This document shows, piece by piece, positions 49,608 through 52,351 of a stretch of DNA of 52,351 nucleotides (positions are counted from its first letter, which is position 1; every line of letters begins with the position of its first letter). This stretch comes from Sulfurimonas sp. (GTDB taxonomy: Bacteria > Campylobacterota > Campylobacteria > Campylobacterales > Sulfurimonadaceae): contig JALTUB010000068.1 of the NCBI GenBank assembly GCA_027047745.1, forward strand, positions 1-52,351, in the 5' to 3' direction. The notes under the pieces were generated by a model. The model saw nothing but the letters and a program-made list of their open reading frames with translations, did not search any database and had not been told where the DNA came from. The position numbers and the translations under genes are program-made.

Positions 49608-50410
49608 GATTGGCTCTCTATCTCTATTACTTTTGAAAAGTCATCATATATATCTTGAACATACTCAACTTGAAAGTCAATAAAATCATTAAGACCTGCT
49701 TGTATAAAATTTGGCTTTGAGAGAGTGAAAAATAGTAGAAGGTGCATCCATTTTCCTAATGTATTTAGGTTTTCATCAAGCGATGGTTTAACACCTGAAG
49801 ATGCTTGAACTATAGCAATGATACTCTCATTCATCTCCCATTTTTTTGCAATAAGTTCACAAATATCAAACAGGTCAACCTCGCACAATCTTTGTAAGAT
49901 AGTATTTAAGTCAATATCGCTAACACTTCTTAGTAGGTTTACATCTTCTATCTTTTCATTAAAAAGTGCTTCTGAAACAATAATACTAGCAGGTAATAAA
50001 GAGATAGAACTCTCAATGTCTTTATCTTTTATATTTAAAAAGTCTAATATTTTTTTCCAGTTTACAGATAAATCAGCTTGAAGGTTGTGAAATGATGTTT
50101 TGTTTAAAGAAAATAGTTTCCACTTGTTTGGTGATAGTAAAGAGATCATATAGTTATAAACAGCTTGTTGAGAGGATGAAACACCCAGTATCCCAAATAT
50201 TTGAGAGATGTCATCTACTTGGTTTTTAAAACCGTAAATCGGTTTATTTACTAAGTTTTTAAGATAAGCACTTAAAGCTAAATCTTCTTTTGCAATCTGA
50301 GCTGCTTTTATGAGTTCACCTTGTTCTAAAAGCATTAAAGTAACTTTTAAAACTTTTGGTGAAGGAGGAACTTTTTCTATGAAATTATCGATTATTTCTT
50401 TTGTTATCAA
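49604..50410 (-). CDS. HDOD-domain protein
   Basis: VPPSP...IAKEDLALSA.L..LVN.P.YG...V..I.Q...ILG; IAKKWEM. Confidence 0.82.
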   Translation of the reverse strand: MITKEIIDNFIEKVPPSPKVLKVTLMLLEQGELIKAAQIAKEDLALSAYLKNLVNKPIYGFKNQVDDISQIFGILGVSSSQQAVYNYMISLLSPNKWKLFSLNKTSFHNLQADLSVNWKKILDFLNIKDKDIESSISLLPASIIVSEALFNEKIEDVNLLRSVSDIDLNTILQRLCEVDLFDICELIAKKWEMNESIIAIVQASSGVKPSLDENLNTLGKWMHLLLFFTLSKPNFIQAGLNDFIDFQVEYVQDIYDDFSKVIEIESQS

Positions 50411-50572
50411 ATCTGACTTCTTTTACTTATTATAATTGCTTTCATTTTATCTTTATAATTATAAAATCAATATAAAGTGTTACATATTTGATAAAATAAA
50501 TCGGCTTAAGTTGAAGTTTTGCTTTAATTTGCTACAATTCGCAACTTTAAAAATAGATTCAAGGATACCAAG

Positions 50573-50761
50573 ATGGCAAGAAGATGTGCTATTAGTGGCA
50601 AAGGCCCTATGAGTGGGAACAATGTTTCTCATGCAAAAAACAGAACTAAGCGTCGTTTTTTATTAAACCTAAGAACAGTTCGTATTACATTAGAAGATGG
50701 TACAACTAAGAAAATTAAGATTTCTGCAAGAGAATTACGCACACTTAAGAAAAATTCGTAA
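50573..50761 (+). CDS. rpmB: 50S ribosomal protein L28
   Basis: [15 protein letters not shown]. Confidence 0.98.
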   Translation: MARRCAISGKGPMSGNNVSHAKNRTKRRFLLNLRTVRITLEDGTTKKIKISARELRTLKKNS

Positions 50762-50778
50762 AGAATAAGGAAATTGAG

Positions 50779-51909
50779 TTGAATCTCTTAGAAAAGATTC
50801 GTAAATTTCTTAATTGGGAGGTTACTCCCAAACCCGATGTAGAACTTCTACCTACGATATACCCACACTTAAAAGCTTTCCGTTTACCACTTATTTTAAC
50901 TGTTTTAACTATGCTAGTTGGAACTTTAGGTTATGTCATCATTGATGATTTTAGCATCATAGATGCGATTTATCAAACAGGTATTACTTTTACAACCGTT
51001 GGTTTTGGTGAGATTGCACCTATATCTTCTGCTGGAAGAATTTTTACCATAACACTTATCATAGCTGGTTTTGCTGTTTTTTCTAGTGCTATTGGTATCT
51101 TAGTGAGTGAGTTAAACAGGGGCAATATAGTTACTATACTAAAGGAGCGAAGAATGTTGTATAAAGTTGCAAGACTAAAAAAGCATTTTGTTGTTTGTTA
51201 TCATAATGATTATACGATGGAAGTAACAAAACAACTTCGTAAAAATCATATTCCGTTTGTTGTGATAGACCCTAGAGGTGAGCTTCATGATTGGGCTATT
51301 GAACATAAGTACCCATACTATTTACAAGCTGAACCTCATGCAGAACTCTCAATGCTTAAAGCTCATCTCTCTTCTGCAAAAGGTTTGATAACACTTTCTG
51401 ACTCTATTGCTGATAATATTGCTCTAATAGCTTCTGTTAGACTTTTTGAAAAAGAGCATGACCTTCCTCGACCTTACTATGTAATTTCTGCGGCAGAGGG
51501 CATGAGTGATGTTGAGAAACTAAAAAAACTTGGTGCAGATACAGTTGTTTCACCTACAAAAATCACAGCTCAGAGAATAAGTGCAATGGCAGCAAGACCA
51601 GATATGGAAAACCTGCTAGAAGAGTTTTTATATAAGAGTGATAATCCTTTAGATATGCAAGAGATAGATGTGCCAAAGTATAGTTGGGCAGTCCTTAAAA
51701 AACTCAAAGAGACACATATAAGAGAAATATCAAACTGTTCAGTAGTTGGAATAACTAAAAAAGATGGTAAGTTCTTAAGTATGCCAAAGGGTGATGTTTT
51801 AGTAACGAGTGAGTGTAAATTGTTAGTTATTGGTACTCAAGATGGTATAAATATAACTAAAGGTATCATAAGAAAAAGAGAAAAACCTAAGGAGATTAAA
51901 TTTGTATAA
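50779..51909 (+). CDS. potassium channel protein with TrkA-N/TrkA-C (RCK) domains
   Basis: TFTTVGFGE selectivity filter, two TM helices, GAD.VVSP. Confidence 0.92.
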   Translation: MNLLEKIRKFLNWEVTPKPDVELLPTIYPHLKAFRLPLILTVLTMLVGTLGYVIIDDFSIIDAIYQTGITFTTVGFGEIAPISSAGRIFTITLIIAGFAVFSSAIGILVSELNRGNIVTILKERRMLYKVARLKKHFVVCYHNDYTMEVTKQLRKNHIPFVVIDPRGELHDWAIEHKYPYYLQAEPHAELSMLKAHLSSAKGLITLSDSIADNIALIASVRLFEKEHDLPRPYYVISAAEGMSDVEKLKKLGADTVVSPTKITAQRISAMAARPDMENLLEEFLYKSDNPLDMQEIDVPKYSWAVLKKLKETHIREISNCSVVGITKKDGKFLSMPKGDVLVTSECKLLVIGTQDGINITKGIIRKREKPKEIKFV

Positions 51910-52351
51910 GATAGTTCAAACAAGTGCTGGGGTAACTGCAGCAAATGGTTTTTATGCAGATGGTGTAAGTGCAGGTCTAAAGCCAAATGGGGCAAGAGAT
52001 ATGGCGTTTATTTATAGCGAAGTAGAGTGTGAGATAGCTTCTGTTTTTACAACAAACAAAATGGCAGCAGCACCTATCGTGCATTTTAAATCAAAGGGTG
52101 ATTTTAAAACAAACTTTGTGCTTATAAACTCTAAAAATGCAAATGCTATCACAGGAGAGGCAGGTGTTGAGGATATTGATGAGATTTTAGCAACACTACC
52201 AAAGAATGTTATAAATCCTCTCATGAGTTCAACAGGTGTGATTGGTGTAAGACTACCAAAAGAGAAGATTATAGAAGGTGCAAAACTTTTTGATTTGACA
52301 AAAAAAGAGCATACAAACGCGGCAAAAGCTATCATGACAACAGATACTTTT
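51902..52351 (+). CDS. argJ: bifunctional glutamate N-acetyltransferase / amino-acid acetyltransferase (partial, runs off the window; missed by the ORF track)
   Basis: TTG 51902: MYKIV...GF.A.G..AGLK...D...VFTTN...AAP...INSKNANA.TG...SSTGVIG...AIMTTDTF. Confidence 0.93.
   Translation, partial: MYKIVQTSAGVTAANGFYADGVSAGLKPNGARDMAFIYSEVECEIASVFTTNKMAAAPIVHFKSKGDFKTNFVLINSKNANAITGEAGVEDIDEILATLPKNVINPLMSSTGVIGVRLPKEKIIEGAKLFDLTKKEHTNAAKAIMTTDTF

Noticed and set aside
798-50081. Many short ORFs nested in or antisense to housekeeping genes (e.g. 2144-2458, 41656-42075, 48550-48906)
   Set aside because: Shadow frames of well-supported genes with no motifs or RBS
4604-51904. High frequency of TTG/GTG start codons
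   Set aside because: Common in this lineage and not specific to any locus
52012-52335. 107-aa minus-strand ORF
   Set aside because: Antisense shadow of argJ

Overview
AT-rich chromosomal window from a Campylobacterota bacterium, most like Sulfurimonas (judged from gene order and protein style). Housekeeping content: porCDAB pyruvate:ferredoxin oxidoreductase, luxS, rnhB, the S10-spc ribosomal cluster through secY-map-infA (rpmD, adk and the alpha operon are absent here), ilvE, hisIE, purF, tmRNA, two tRNA-Phe, mraY, gpmI-fabG-acpP-fabF-accA, trpF, rpe, rpmB, a K+ channel and partial argJ. Accessory content: a phosphate cluster (two divergent porins, pstSCAB, phoU, phoB/phoR-like), a 71-aa lysine-rich histone-H1-like gene, two convergent desaturases and two pseudogene scars. 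The most unusual signal is a modular family of ~100-nt palindromic units that share internal-loop motifs. They occur singly (3602-3709, 39701-39805) or in pairs joined by a C-GNA-G mini-hairpin inside ~30-bp terminal inverted repeats (7516-7788, 18611-18880). Both composite copies start within ~10 nt of a -10 box. A Pho-box-like promoter architecture (TGTAAYC-N4-TGTAAYC-N9-[-10]) occurs five times; one copy drives a composite palindrome and an uncharacterised gene. All calls come from reading the sequence; no searches or folding programs were run.
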